DNA of 64,000 nt from Enoplolaimus lenunculus (GCA_030248215.1 JASANG010001402.1:124001-188000); one strand, 5' to 3'. Shown: positions 1-13,529, numbered from the stretch's first letter. Numbers and translations: made by a program. The notes: generated by a model from the letters alone, not told the origin.

Positions 1-580
1 CTTTGCCACGAGATTCAATGTAAAACTACATATGCATCTTGTTCGGTTCACTTAGGTTTCGCCGACAGTGGGGCCAAAGTTAGGGCGATCAAAATTAAAA
101 GCTTGTTTTTACCGTATGATTTAACACAGAACACGTCTAGCTTCATACTCGATTTGCTCGCGAGGTTGCAGTAATTGAGAGACTTTGATGTCAAAAAAAC
201 CCAAAAGTGTCTTTGAATTTAATATATGCTTACAAAAAACAAATGTGGCTTGTTTAACTCGCTCCACTCATGAGTTTCTGATGTTCTGATTACCTCCTCC
301 GATTATTCCACGCCAAAATTTTAGTTTTTAAAAATTCGAATATTAACATCCCCAATTTCTCCATTGGGCTCAAAATTTTTTGTCGAAAAATTATACAAAT
401 TATATACCATTTGACACAAGTTACGGAACTTAAGACGAATATTGTTAAATGTTTCCCAAACGTCTGGCTAACGAGTCAATGATATATAATTTGTCCAAGT
501 TATGGAACCAAATTTTGGGCCCATGGGTTGAACTTATGTCGTTAAAATCGAATTTTTCAAAAATTCAGATTTGGGCAGAA
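1..580. mobile_element. Diverged partial copy of the internal part of the hAT-like element at 4211-5290 / 43214-44678
   Basis: Shares ctttgccacgagattcaatgtaaaactacatatgca...aactcgctccactcatgagtttctgatgttc...attatacaaattatataccatttgacaca with 4498-5080. Confidence 0.75.
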
Positions 581-1728
581 AAACAATATAAAAAGGCATG
601 TTGTGTCCAATTACATAAGTTGAATATAAATTACAGCCCGCAATCGAACAAAACAGGGGGTCCTATCGGGACAGGCAAAATAAATATTCGTCCCTTTTTT
701 TCGTTCGAGTTATTGCAGGAATGTCGTTAGATTAAAAGGACCGCACAGGCCACGCCTCCCCTAACAGACATCAAAAACAATATTGCGTAGGTATATAATA
801 CTAGGATTTTAATTTTAAAATTGCGTTTTTCTCGTTTTACTATTTTTACTGTATATTTTGTTGTTGGAAATCAAAATTTCTGGATTTTTGAATTCTTCCG
901 GTGTTTTATATTTTGAAATATTTTGAATTTTAAATTTCATTTTGTGATTCATACGCATTGGTTTTATAGATTCTTCTTTAATACTTTAATAATGGCTACG
1001 ATTTGCTTGAAACGTTAAAATTTTATATTTCTGCTTGCTATTTTAGTAGGATGCAGAACGAGTAAGTACATAGTAAAAACATAAGAAACGCATTGCAATA
1101 GTGATTAAACTAACGAAAACAATATATAATATATATGTATATATAAATGCAATATATATTATATATATGTATATATATGTATATATATATATAATTTTGT
1201 TTTTAAGTCTATTTGTCTCATAGCAGCATCGGTTTAGTAAAGTTTTTTAAAGTCATGGCCCTGTCGGCCGCCTTTGAGCTAAAGCCTTCGGACCTTTTTT
1301 GAAACCTGTTGTATATATGATTTTGGTGAATTCAAAAGATGAGGATAGAATTTTTAAATTTTATTCGATTAAACGAGCGAATTGCGATTGCGGTCAATTG
1401 TTTACGCTGAGGGCCGTCCCTATGGACCATGGAGACGTGACGTAGCGATAAATTGAAATTAGTGGGACGGTGGAACCAAGATATATTTTCGTGGTCCAGC
1501 TGTGGGCCCAGACCAGCTACAGGTTCAACCAGACGCAAATACCTTACCGACTCTGGTGTTCCTATATGCCTGACACACCAGTAGTATGCAATACCCTATC
1601 TGATACTGTAGTGCGGACGACCATTAGGTTAATACCACGGCTTATAATGTCCTGCGTGTCAGGTTCGCTACCTATAACAGCCTAAGCGCCGGATTTTGGA
1701 AAAGGGAGCCACGTTCTATAAAAGGTTC

Positions 1729-1913
1729 GGCCAATGTTACTTTAAGGGGCGTAACAGTAGATTAAGCGTATTCCTAAGCCTAAGCCTAAGCGTTGCAAAA
1801 ATGTGTTCCTAAGCCTAAGCCTAAGCCTAAGCAAAAAATGTAATCTAGAATCTAAACCTACTGTTTTATAGACCCACAAGAAACTTCGGACGCCCCTTAA
1901 AGTAACATGAGCC
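1729..1913. mobile_element. Merlin-like MITE with telomeric core, subfamily A
   Basis: TIR GGCCAATGTTACTTTAAGGGGCGT / ACGCCCCTTAAAGTAACATGAGCC; TSD aaaggttc/aaaagttc; (GCCTAA)n core. Confidence 0.85.
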
Positions 1914-2389
1914 AAAAGTTCAAACGAATATTTCTTGTTTTGCCAACTGAAATCGTTTTAACCTCCCGGACGAAAATCCCAAAAACGTTGGTTTGACCCC
2001 CATAAAGCCCACTAGTTTTTCGCCTGCCTACAACCCCGAGAGTACAGCGCTGGTGTTTCAAACATATCAACTGTCATTTTATATATGCGGGTTGAGTCAA
2101 TGTGCATGGCGCCCGTATATCGTGCCCTAAACAGTTCTGATACGTTGTTGTTTTTGTACGAATAAAAACACTACGGTTTCGAAATATATTCTCAACTGCG
2201 TGTAGCACCTATTACCAGTTAGTGATTTGCTCTGCAAACATTTGAACAACCTAATGCTCTGGTGTTCAAATGTTTGATTCCAGCTTTCTGTTACAGAATC
2301 TATGATAATCAAATATTTTTGAATATTTGAAGATCAAATTTAGAGTGATTTTTTCGGCATGCTTCTATTTTATCACATGGTTGTTTTCA

Positions 2390-2447
2390 GGCCAGGATTC
2401 GAACCCCGGTCTCGAGTGTTAAAAGCAATACCATCACCGCTAACTCC
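2390..2447 (-). pseudogene. tRNA-derived fragment interrupted by a MITE
   Basis: ggattcgaacc (B box, reverse strand) ... taccatcaccgctaactcc. The same arrangement, uninterrupted, is at 34415-34475; the continuation ataggagctt follows the MITE. Confidence 0.5.
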
Positions 2448-2591
2448 GGCCAATGTTACTTTTAGGCGAGTAACAGTAGATTAAGCGTATTGCACAGCCG
2501 AAGCCTAAGCAAAAAAAGTAATCTAGAATGTAGACCTACTCTTATTAAGACCCACCAGAAACCTGGATGCCATTTTAATGTAACATAGGCC
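2448..2591. mobile_element. Merlin-like telomeric MITE, subfamily A
   Basis: GGCCAATGTTAC...GTAACATAGGCC; TSD ctaactcc/cttactcc. Confidence 0.8.
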
Positions 2592-2642
2592 CTTACTCCG
2601 ATAGGAGCTTGACTTCGAGTATGATGCCTTCTGGCGTCTTCG

Positions 2643-2830
2643 AGCCCATATATAGAGCAGGGCCGGATCGTTTTCCGGAGGGGCTATAATAGAGTCAGTT
2701 TAAGCTTTAGACTATTTTTTGCTTAGGCTAGGCTTAGGAATAGGCTCATCCATACGCTTAGACTTAGACTTAGGTTTAGGCTTAGACTTAGGAATATGCT
2801 TACTGTTCGGCCGTTTTCTATACATGGGCC
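2643..2830. mobile_element. Merlin-like telomeric MITE, subfamily B
   Basis: TIR of the GGCCCATGTATAGAACAGGGCCGGA type; perfect TSD cgtcttcg on both sides. Confidence 0.85.
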
Positions 2831-3085
2831 CGTCTTCGGAAGATTTCGTACTGCACATACATGTTTTAATTGCTAAAGCATATGCATTGTGCATTTCTTT
2901 GATGATTTAGCATTCTGTACTCCAGTGTCTTGTACCAACATTGAACATACCGTTGAATTGCAGGATTTTCAACGGTAGGGCCAAATATATATAATAGTCA
3001 ACGCAAGCTATCAATTAAAGCGTGCAATAAACCAAATTGTTAAAATTGTAAATCTTAACACATAATTTTGGTTTTGGTTCCGTGT

Positions 3086-3215
3086 CGAAACGGCCGTGTT
3101 TCGCCCGGAAACGGCCGTGTGCGGCCCGGAAACGGCCGTGTGCGGCCCGGAAACAGGTTTGTATGGCCCGGAAACGGCCGTGTATGGCCTGGAAACGGCC
3201 CTAAATGGCCGTGTT
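3086..3215. repeat. 21-bp GC-rich minisatellite, about 6 units
   Basis: Variants of GAAACGGCCGTGTGCGGCCCG in tandem. Confidence 0.85.
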
Positions 3216-3393
3216 GCCGCCACCCAGGATCCACTACAATGGCCAGGCAGGAAGGATTTGAAAACAAACACGGGAGAATGTATTGATCCGAAAACTGAGA
3301 CCACCCTTCTAAAACATGAAACTAATTAGGCCAAAAGTATTACTGAGGGAAACCTAATTTATTATTTCACGGTACATTTCATATAGCTTACGG

Positions 3394-3653
3394 GGCCCAT
3401 GTATAGAACAGTGCCGGAACAGTGGTATAAGCATATTCCTAAGCCTAAGCCTAAAAGCGTAAACCTAAGCGTAAAGAATGCGCCTCTTCCTAAGCCTAAG
3501 CGTTAGGATGCGCCTGTTCCTAAGCCTAAGCGTTAGGATGAGCCGATTCCTAAAGCCTAAGCCTAATCCTAACAAAAAATTTAGTCTAAGCCTTAAACTG
3601 ACTCTATTACAGCACCGCCGAAAAACTATCCGGCCCTGTTCTATACATGGGCC
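3394..3653. mobile_element. Merlin-like telomeric MITE, subfamily B, with 30-bp internal repeats
   Basis: GGCCCATGTATAGAACAG...CTGTTCTATACATGGGCC; core cctaagcctaagcgttaggatgcgc repeated. Confidence 0.85.
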
Positions 3654-3816
3654 GTTTACCTGTATAGCAGTAGGGCTTATTACTCTTCGTTACCATGGAA
3701 ATATTTGGATGGTACATAATCATCGATGTTTATTCAGCTTATTAGGGGCACGATAGGTATGCTTTAAAAGCAAATCGGTTCGCAACGCATGTAATCGGCA
3801 CAATTGATTTGGTTAA

Positions 3817-3982
3817 CAGACCAGTAGCCAATGGGGACAGTGGAGCTCAGATCACCGTGGAAAAAGTTTGCCCCCCTCTAGAAAATTTTAAAACCTTGCT
3901 TGTAAGCAAACGAAAACACTTGTATACCCCTTCTGAAAAATTTTCAAATCCCCTCCAGCACGGTGAACTGGCTACGAACCTG
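3817..3982. mobile_element. hAT-like MITE of the CAGGCCCGTAGCC family (relatives at about 21355-21516, 22092-22261, 23740-23902, 41014-41179)
   Basis: Ends resemble CAGGCCCGTAGCCA / TGGCTACGGGCCTG, with shared internal cttgcttgtaag..gaaaa. The 41014 copy has flanks cataccta/catagcta. Confidence 0.6.
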
Positions 3983-4210
3983 TCTGGCAGTGCGTTGCTT
4001 ATACCAAGAGTCGATAATGACTCTTTTTACAATAGTATGCAACTGGGTACATTCTGCGCGTTGCGTTTTTGACCGACCCCCGTTATTTAGTGGGGGGTAC
4101 AACCGGTGCGAACCTTGGCACTTCCGGATATCTGCCGGATATCCGAAATGGTTTTGTCTAAAAAATTTTTGGAATAATTTGCATGGTTTCCCCACCAATG
4201 TAGCCGGAGC

Positions 4211-5290
4211 CACGGTTGTTGGCCGGAAAAAAATTACCGGAAAAAATGGTTTTTCCATTTTTTTCCATTTTTCTGAGGGGGTGGAAAAAATGGGAAAAAT
4301 GGAAAAGTATTAAACGATTCTTAAATATAATTTGTAAGTAAATATGGTATAGAATAGCGTTTTTAGGTAACATCCAACTAATTTTCATGCAATATATTAA
4401 CAGTGACCGTGTGTATATGTCCACCGGGACACATTATATGTCCGAAAAACGCGAAAATTGCAGCATATGAATATATAAATCAATTTCAGAATTGAAACTT
4501 TGCCACGAGATTCAATGTAAAACTACATATGCAACTTGTTCGGATCACTCAACAGGTTTCGTCTACAGTGGGGCGGCCAAAGTTAGGGTGCTCAAAATTG
4601 AAAGCTTGCTTTTTCCGTGTGATTTAACACAAGAATACTTCTAGCTTCAACCTCGCTTTGCTCGCGAGGTTGCAGCAATTGAAAGGCTTCGCTGTCAGAA
4701 ATAACCCAAAAGTATATTGGTATTTAATATATACTTACAAAAAGTGACTTGTTTAACTCGCTCCACTCATGAGTTTCTGATGTTCCGATAACCTCTTCCG
4801 GTTATTCCATGCCAAAACTTAAATTTGTAAAAAATTCGAATTTTAAGGTTCCAAATTCCTCCACTGGACTCAAAATGTTTTTGTCGAAAAATTATACAAA
4901 TTATATACCATTTGACACAGGTTGCGGAGCTAAGACGAATATTGTTAAATATTTTCCAATCAGACGTTTCCCAAACGAGTCAGTGACATATAATTTATCC
5001 AACTTATCGAAAAAAAATTTTTGGGTCCCAGGGGGAACTTGTGGCCTAAAAAATCGAATTATTCATAAATTCAGATTTGGGCATCGAATGATTACAGGAT
5101 GTCATCAGACGCTCAAATATGCAGAAACTTTCAAAATGCAAGCTTTTTGGGCAAACGACGGCTAACGGAGGGCTAACCGATCACTCACACAAAGAATGAA
5201 TTTTTTCCATTTTTTCCATTTTTTCCGGAAAAAATGGAAAAAAATTCATTTTTTCCGGTCATAATTTTTTCCGGAACAAAAACAACCCTG
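4211..5290. mobile_element. 1.08-kb non-autonomous hAT-like element
   Basis: TIR CACGGTTGTT / AACAACCCTG; 8-bp TSD gccggagc/gctggagc; second copy at 43214-44678. Confidence 0.8.
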
Positions 5291-6370
5291 GCTGGAGCTG
5301 ACGAAAAAAATTCTGTATCCAAGTATCTATTGTGGATTGGATACGCCTTCGTGGGTTAAAATTTGGCCAATTTCATTAGAGATAAGGTGAAATTAGTCAT
5401 TTTTAGTTAATAGTAGTTTATTGGAGCAATATTCGAGCTTTTCAACAATTGTGTTAATTGTTTGGATAATTTTAATTATACGGCCGTGCCTACTAAGTCT
5501 GCGCGTAAGTCTAAACATACGCCTGAGACTACCAGTCTCTGATTGCCTCATTCCCCAGTCTGCCAGTGAAACGATCTCAAATGCTTGATTGAAACTCGCA
5601 ACCCCCTCTTCGTATTCCCAAACCTAAGCATCGAAAAAAGTGTATATACCTAGTAAACCTAAGCCTAAGCGTATGTTTAAGCAAAAAATGTAGTCTAAAA
5701 TGTAATCATATTCTTTTACAGACCCACCAGAAACTGGGACGGCCCTAAAATTAACATTGACCAGAATGTTGGTTAAAATTAAAAAAGGTATTTTTTTGAA
5801 ATCTATATACTGTAGTGTCCAAAATAAGATGGGGGACTGATACTTATTTGATCTCTGCAGAGGGTACCCCCTTGTTATTCGGTTACGGGCTATTATTTAT
5901 TTTAACCTGCCTTCCGCTGTCCTTCGTTACCTGTATATATCCCGTTTTGTAATTCTTGTTATAAAAACGTTTTCCGTTGGCTGGTTTCCTGAACAGTGTT
6001 AAATCTTTGTTAAAGTTGTGTTGTCTCCAAATGTATAATTGGCATTGTTATGCCAATAAATATTTGTTTTGGCTTTGTGTTGTATTATTGGCTGATAAAA
6101 TTTTGTTAGCAAGTTACGGTTACATTAGCAAAAATCGTTTTTGTTGGATTATATCAGTACTAATGCCGAGATCTTAGGTGCATCTTTGCATGGTAGAATT
6201 AATGTGAATGCGTAGTGATTCGGTGCGAAACGGATAGTGATCAACGTAAAACGCGTATTGAAGTATAAAGGTCTCAAATATGTTTTATTTTTCTGCCAAC
6301 AATTCAGGTAGGTTAACATTTTGCACGAAATTTTGAAACTGCGAAGTGTTGCCAAAAATTTGGTTTTTAC

Positions 6371-6510
6371 CAGAGTACAGCCGGAGGTCTGTCTCCGGTT
6401 ATGGCACAAAATCGGGCTCCGGCTTCGGTAGAATTTTTATCGGAGGTTCCGGCAATAGCGTAGAACTAAACAATCTGACTCTGGTAATTCTCTCCCCCGG
6501 TTGCAACCTG
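6371..6510. mobile_element. hAT-like MITE, CAGGGTGCAACCGG family
   Basis: cagagtacagccgg...ccggttgcaacctg with perfect TSD gtttttac. Confidence 0.75.
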
Positions 6511-7297
6511 GTTTTTACCTTTTTTAAGAAATATCGACAGATACAGATTCCACAACTGCACCAAACTTACAGACCATTCGTCTTTTAATAATCAATTGAA
6601 AATTGTATACTTGATTCGTAATGGCCGAAAAAATTTAAGTTACATGAGCGTACGTATAGTTCATCGTTGGTGGTTTGAGATTCATTGAAGTTCAGGGTTA
6701 GCATAATACGTTCGTTTGAGCTTTGTGCTTAGATTATCTTTAAGTTCAATGGGTTTTCATTTCATTATAGTTGCGTGCTACTATCCCAACATTTACTTGG
6801 GCTGGCTGGGACCGAAATTCAAGATTTTAAATAAATTTCGTGATTTGGATTTCATCTCGGACAATTGCAGCATATTTGTAATGAAATATTTATAGAGTAT
6901 GCACATAATTCAAATGAAAAATTGATAGATATATACTTAATTTTTAATTAACTTTGAGCGTAAAAATAACGCAAACGAACACTGATTTTTACTCGAAACG
7001 GATATCTGGTTTACATCCTGTCGGCCAGACCTCTCTATTATATTTAGGCTTGTTTTTACGCAGGATAGCAATACTGTTTTACTTTAGTAGTTACAAGAAC
7101 TTGCGCTTGGTTTTATGATTGTGTTCGCAACATCGTGCATTACGGTAAGTGTGGAACAGTACTCAGTAGTCTTACAAAGTTGCGTTATATTCGCTGAGCG
7201 TCACAAGCAATTACGACTAGTGATTCCACAGGAAGGGGCACCCGGGGCTGGGCGACCAACAGGACTCGAAACCGAAATTTTGTGTTAACATTTGGTA

Positions 7298-7746
7298 CTG
7301 TAGTGACCCGAATAAGAGGGGGGCTGATCTTTATTTGGCCTCTCCAGAGGGTACCTCCCCTTGTTATTCGGTTATGGACTGTTATTTATTTTCAACTCAC
7401 GCTCCGCTGCTCTTCGTTACTGATATATATCCGCTACTGCAATTATCCGTTGAATTAAACGTTTATTTGTCTTGTATCATAAACATGAGCGCAATGCAAA
7501 GTTATACTTAGGAATATACTTTTAGAACTTAAGTATGCTTCAAAGGTTCAAGGTTTAGAACTCAACTTTAATCGGTCTTAGAGTCATTTATGCGCTACAA
7601 TTAGGGATAATTGACATTTGTGGACTATTTACGGTTTAGGCACTCTATCCGCTTACGGACTCCCATTAAATATAAGGACTCCTATTGATTGGGACTCAAA
7701 ACGGAGGCCTCCCTCTTATTAGCCCTGCTTATTCGGGTCACTACAA
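7298..7746. mobile_element. TA-targeting (Tc1/mariner superfamily-like) MITE, about 430-450 bp
   Basis: TIR CTGTAGTGACCCGAATAAG, flanked by TA; other full copies at 43518-43939 and 45242-45667, partial copies at about 5810 and 11200. Confidence 0.85.
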
Positions 7747-8040
7747 TACGTCATATATAATTGGTTTATACTCGAAAAATAAACGCGCAAAGGTTACGGA
7801 TACATCAACTTAGTGATTTCTCACAGATAAACGTTCTGCTCCTGATCTTTTACACAGACCGAAATACGGTTTCGTCCTTCAGGAATGAGACTTTTCCAAA
7901 GGGAAAAATCTTACGGAAGCTTGAAATAACAGCTATTCAAGCCATATTAGCTCGCTATATATTATGTTGCGGCAAATTTCTAACATATATCCATGAAATT
8001 AACTAAAAAAAATTCAAAAAACTGTCATAAATTTTTAATA

Positions 8041-8305
8041 CCCTGTACATTCCAGTGAATTGATGTTAACTCAGAATCAGTTGAGTCCACTCAGAAGCCT
8101 GAGCTCTGAATTAGGTCTTTCAGAATTCAGAATACTGAATTGATCGATCTCATTCTGAGTTAATTAATCAACTCACCCGGAATTAACTCCGATCAGAGAG
8201 AGAGAGAGTTAAGTTTTACTGTTATTAACTTAGGAATGAACCAGAAATATACTAATTGTCTCTCTCTCTCTGCGTTGATTATTCTACTCACTGCAATTTA
8301 CAGTG
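8041..8305. mobile_element. CACTG-ended MITE rich in AACTCA/TGAGTT motifs (copies at 15385-15637, about 18742-18955, 25555-25809, 57838-58093)
   Basis: TIR of the CACTGTAAATTCCAGTGAGTTGAT type; 2-bp flanks (tg/tg at 15385, ta/ta at 25555) suggest the CMC/EnSpm type. Confidence 0.7.
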
Positions 8306-9520
8306 TAGATGTTTTACGCATTTGAGAATACACTTAGGCAACCTGAAAACCTTATATATTCGCTGCGTTAATATTACAGTAAATCGTTCACCATTAATAG
8401 TTATTAACCAGCAAAAGCTTCTGGTTGAATACAAGTTAGCAAGACAGATCAAAAAGCGACAGGAAACGTGCAATTTTCAAACAATCAAAAATTATCGCAG
8501 GTATAATTTTCTGCATAATTACGGAAATGTATTTTTTCCAACATTTAAACCGCAATAATGCGAATTGAAAGATAATTTCAACGTATAAAACAATATTATA
8601 TTAAGTTTGCTGAACTCGTATTCGAGTTCAATAAATTAACTTTAGTTCAAATTCCAAATTCGTTTCAATTTTTTACGACCCTTAAATACCTGGAGGGATG
8701 TGACAAAAAGATGCCAAATTTTTGCTCCGACATTCTTCCCCCCTCAAGCCCTGTTACTGGCAAGAACACTACCGGATTTGTTAAGTCATGGTTAACAATT
8801 TGCCCATTTTGTCTTAAGACCCAATATTTGGCCGTTAATTCGGAATCGATGTAACCGGCCTATTTTTCCACCGTCTGATCTTACATCTTGGAAGATCTGG
8901 CTGCGCCGATGTTTCAACCCAGAAAGTTTAGCCCAGGCTGATATTTTCCTATAGTATTTGCATACTTTCGGTGTTCCGCTTACGACCACGTTGTCGCAAT
9001 ATGTTTCGTTATCAAAGTGAAAGCGGTTTATTCAAAAGTCTGTCTGAGGTGAAACGGTGATGTAATAAAAACTCTTGAGCGAAGCGAGCGCGAAGCCAGA
9101 CGCAATTTTAATAACATAAACAGAATGCAAATTTCTAATTTTGCGCGGTTCTGGTGGCTGGAAATGGATTCGATTCCTAGATCCATCCTTGGGTATAATG
9201 AACATAAGAGGAATGGCACAAAGTTTCTTAGCAACAGAGTGCATTTCAGGGTAGGGACTGGGTCCCGCAGTTTCTGGGCAGTTGGGTCCGTCCACTAACA
9301 AACCCAAGATGGCTTAAAGATACGAATCGTGCACTAAATGTCGGCCCAGGGAACTGAAATCGTATCTAAGCGCCACCGAAAATGACGCCAAACCATCAAC
9401 AATATTCCAAAATATTTTCTTGACTCAAACAAAGCATAAAGCAGGCAAAATTAACCTCAAAACGCATATTCCATAGTATAACGAATTGATCGGCCCAAAT
9501 AAGAAAAATGTACATAGACA

Positions 9521-9894
9521 CAATGGCGCATCCACGCGGGGCCACCCCGGCTGTGGCCCCCCCCCAACAGCATCTCGACAAAAATTATATAGTGTCAATT
9601 GCTGTTCTACGCTGTTTATTTCTCTGTTTTATACTCAATACTACCACGCTTTAAAGTTTCTTGGCCCTGGAGTCATGTATGCGCTACATTAGAGATAATA
9701 GACATTTATGGACAATAAACAAGTGCTTAAGGACTTCATCCGCTTACGGATTCTTATTAGGGATACGGACTCCTATTAATTGGGACTCAAAATGGGGACC
9801 CCCTCTTATTTGGGTCACTACAGTATGGGTCAAAAATAAGTTTATTACCTGTGAAATTTTGGCCCCCCATTTTGAGATCCTGGATCCGCCACTG
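9521..9894. mobile_element. Composite hAT-like MITE containing half of the TA-MITE
   Basis: CAATGGCGCATCC...GGATCCGCCACTG; near-identical to 28939-29321. Confidence 0.8.
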
Positions 9895-10529
9895 CCCCTC
9901 TTATACAGATCACTGCAGTACTGGCATAATAAATACCGTTTTTAGAATTGTATCTTTTATGCTCATATCAATCTGCTTGAGGGTCAGGGTACTTCCTTTA
10001 GAGCAACAAGTTTAAACAAGTGCTTAAGAAACGAAAATTGAGGTTCGGAAACTAAAAAACACAAAATCGAGTTTCGGATCCGGATATGAAAAAATATCCG
10101 ATGGCCATCACTAGTCAGGGGTGTACAAGACTTTTATCAATCACCACTGATGACAGGTGACAGTTTGGTAATATTGACATATATAGAATCATGTTTTCAT
10201 GCGAAACCCCCTAGTAAATATTTTCTTACCCAAACAGCAGTCAAACAGTTGTTGACATGATATACGTCCAAGAAAGTTTACTTCTGGTATGCACATTTTT
10301 GAGAACTTTTTAGTATTTTCGCAGCTTAATATGGCCAGATTTGGGACGGAAAATGCACGCTGTATATATTAATAGCGAAAAAAAACTCGCGAGCGAGAAG
10401 CTAAACGCAATTTTACTCCATGTTGAGCGGAACTAGAAAAACCAAATCAATCAACAACTCGACATTAAGTACTCTTTTGTTTTATCGAACGATCCTAGGT
10501 CTTCATGTTTATGGGCGTATAGAAAAAGG

Positions 10530-10678
10530 GACCCATGTATAGAACAGGGCCGGATCGTTTTCCAAAGGGGTTGTAATAGAGTCAGTTTAAGTTGTAGACT
10601 AATTTTTTTGTTTAGGCTTAGGCTTAGGCTTAGGAATATGCTTATACTACTGTTCCGGCCCTGTTCTATACATGGGTC
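10530..10678. mobile_element. Merlin-like telomeric MITE, subfamily B
   Basis: GACCCATGTATAGAACAGGGCCGGA...TCCGGCCCTGTTCTATACATGGGTC; TSD gaaaaagg/gaaaaaga. Confidence 0.85.
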
Positions 10679-12996
10679 GAAAAAGAGTAAATATATTTTT
10701 CTCGAATATCTAGAGAATCAGCGGGTATACCCGCGCAATCTTTTTTCGGGCACGTTTCCAGCTCACCTTGCTAGGGGGGGCTAAAATTTTTTCAGGATGG
10801 AAGAACAAGAGATTTCGTTGATTTAATACAAGCGAATTTCAAAATTTTCTAACGGGCCCAAAATTTTTCTAGCGGGCTGGACTCGCGCTTTGAAATTATT
10901 TACACGCCGAAATATACCCGTGTCAAAATTTTCTTACCCGCCCCGGCTAAACCAGCGGATATCGGCGGATATTCGCGGGTTGAGTGCAGGTCCAGATCCA
11001 CAATTATGAAAATGTACCTACACCTTTTCACCTTTTTACTGATAGGCTTTAGCCTCAGGATTAGGCTATGTGAATGCTTAAGTTCAGGTTAAGGCTCAAT
11101 CTTAGGTTTAAGCTCTGCGAACAGGCCATTGCAGCGACCACAGCTTGAGATTCGCAGCTGCTGCAGTTTGTAAGTTGTAAAATCCACAACGAAACTGGTG
11201 ATACTGAAGCGATCCGAATAAGAGTGGGGTAATAAAGGGGAGGGTCCCCATTTTGAGTCCGAATCAATAGGAGTCCGTATTCCTAATAAGAGTCCGTAAC
11301 CGGATAGAGTCCCTAAACCCTAATTAGAGTCCATAAAGGTAAGTTAACCCTAACTGTAGCGTATAGATGACTCCAAGATCAAATAATTTGAGTTCGAAAC
11401 TTTAAAGCGTGCTTATACTATTATGTATAAAACAGAGAAATAAACAGCGTAGAACAGCAACTGACACTATATAATTTTTGTCGAGATGCTGTTGGGGGGC
11501 CACTACCGGGGTGCCCTTCCCATGGACCCGCCATTGTATATATGTGTTGACTCAAAAATAAACGCATATATAAACCTTTCTGGTACTCCATAGCTTGGAA
11601 TTCTTACAGAAACTCCTTCTTGAACATATTCAGTTGATATGCGACCTCCCTATTTTTAGCTTACTCATAAAGGCCAGAAGATTTTATTATATTTTTGCCA
11701 AGGGTGTACCGGAAGCGGAGAACTAAAAGGCTATACTGCTGTCTCTAATCTATATTTGCTTTATAGATACGCTGCCAAAAATAGTGAGTCAAATGCACTC
11801 TCTCCGAAATAGGCTTTTCGAGACTACACAAGCTGGGTCAAATTCGACTCCGACAGCGTCAAATTCCACTCACAAAAAGCGACTCGGGTGACTCGAATTT
11901 AACCGAGTTTGTGTAGCCCGGAAAAGCCTATAAACGCACACCAAGGTTTAATTTGATAGCAGGCCACAGGGTTTCGTCACAGCAAATACTTTTTTGTCAC
12001 TGTTAAGCCTAAGCCTAAACTGGTGTTATTTTTCCTGTTTTTGTCAAGTGCGGTAAAATAAACTATTCTACGGAGAGTCAGAGAGTAAACTAGTGCCTGT
12101 TGTATGAAACGACAATAGATTCGTGACCTGGAATTGTCCTTGAAAAGGTATCAAAGAAACCATATTTGGCACGAATTCGCTGCTTTGCCAGACAGAATCA
12201 TCGGCCCGTCACTAGAAGCCTTTTTGCTTCTGTTTCTGTGGTTTATACAAAAGGACAAACACAGAGAATATGTTTAGCTGACAAAATTTCTGAAGAAACA
12301 AGAAAAATGCACTTTTAACAAGCTTTAAAATAAGCTCATGCATCATAAAGGTAGAATATATGACGCTTTTATAGTTTTTCCCCCCAATGGAAAAGTTTCC
12401 CCCCGCCATAACAATTTCGTTTTCACGGACCCCCCTTACACATTAAGCGAAAAATGTTCAGTTTACTATCTATAAGCGCTTCGCATACCTACGTGTCACT
12501 TTCGAATACTTAATAGTGCACAGGGATTGGCGGGCGGAAGCCGCCATCCTGTTTAGTATGCCTTCAAATCGCAGAGGGTGCATGGGAGCGGCATCCCTCG
12601 CACCTGAATACCCTAACGCAAAATTGACGAAAAAATTTTCGCACTAGGAACTAGTTTTTTAAAACAGAAAAACAAAACATTTTTATGTTTACAAGTGAAA
12701 ACGTCCGTCCGCTCACATATTTGCGTAGTGGCAGGGGCGAACTACAAAACTTTCAAAAATATTTGACATCAGATTTTACCGCTCGTGACACGACTTCTTA
12801 AATACTCCCCTGTTCTGCTATACTTCCTTATGCGTGTTGGTATTCAGTGAAATGCAAAGCTTTACGGTGGGTCTCTTGTACCGTCTTACCGGTTTCATTC
12901 TTGTGTGTCTTTCACCATACTTGCACGTTTGTTTCGTGTTTTCGCTAACCAGTAGCTGAAGGGCAAAGTTGTTTTTTTTCTTCGGTTGTTTACTGC

Positions 12997-13529
12997 AGCC
13001 CATGCATAGAACAGGGCCGGATCGTTTTCCTGCGGGGTTGTAATGGAGTCAGTTTAAGCCTTAGACTGAATTTTTTGCTTAGGCTTAGGCTTAGGCTTGT
13101 GCTTAGGCATAGGCTCATCCATACGCGTAGGCTTAGGCTTAGGCTTAGGTTTAGGTTTAGGTTTAGGTTTAGGTTTAGGCTTAGGCTTAGGCTTAGGCCT
13201 AGGCTTAGGCTTAGGAATAGGAATAGGCTCATCCTTACGCTTTTAAGCTTAGGCGTACGCTTAGGAATACGCTGATTCTTACGCTTAGGCTTAGGCTTAG
13301 AGTTAGGAATATGCTTTATGCTACTGTTCCGGCCCTGTTCTATCATGGGCCGGCCTACATTACTTTAAGGGGCGTCCAGGTTTCTGGTGGGTTTATAAAA
13401 GACTAGGATTAGATTCTAGATTGCATTTTTTGCTTAGGCTTAGGCTTAGGAACTCAACTTTGCAACGCTTAGGCTTAGGCTTACAGATACGCTTAATCTA
13501 CTGTTACGCCCCTTAAAGTAAAACTGGCC
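12997..13529. mobile_element. Two abutting telomeric MITEs (subfamily B 12997-13351, subfamily A 13352-13529)
   Basis: The B-type end catgggcc is followed immediately by an A-type start; long TTAGGC/TTAGGT tract at 13077-13300. Confidence 0.8.

Noticed and set aside
4809..5165. 118-aa ORF also present at 44214-44495, a possible transposase remnant
   Set aside because: The two copies frameshift relative to each other and show no DDE or zinc-finger motif; interior of a non-autonomous element.
13077..13300. True telomere or chromosome-fusion site
   Set aside because: The tract is enclosed by subfamily B TIRs and is degenerate; it is a MITE core.
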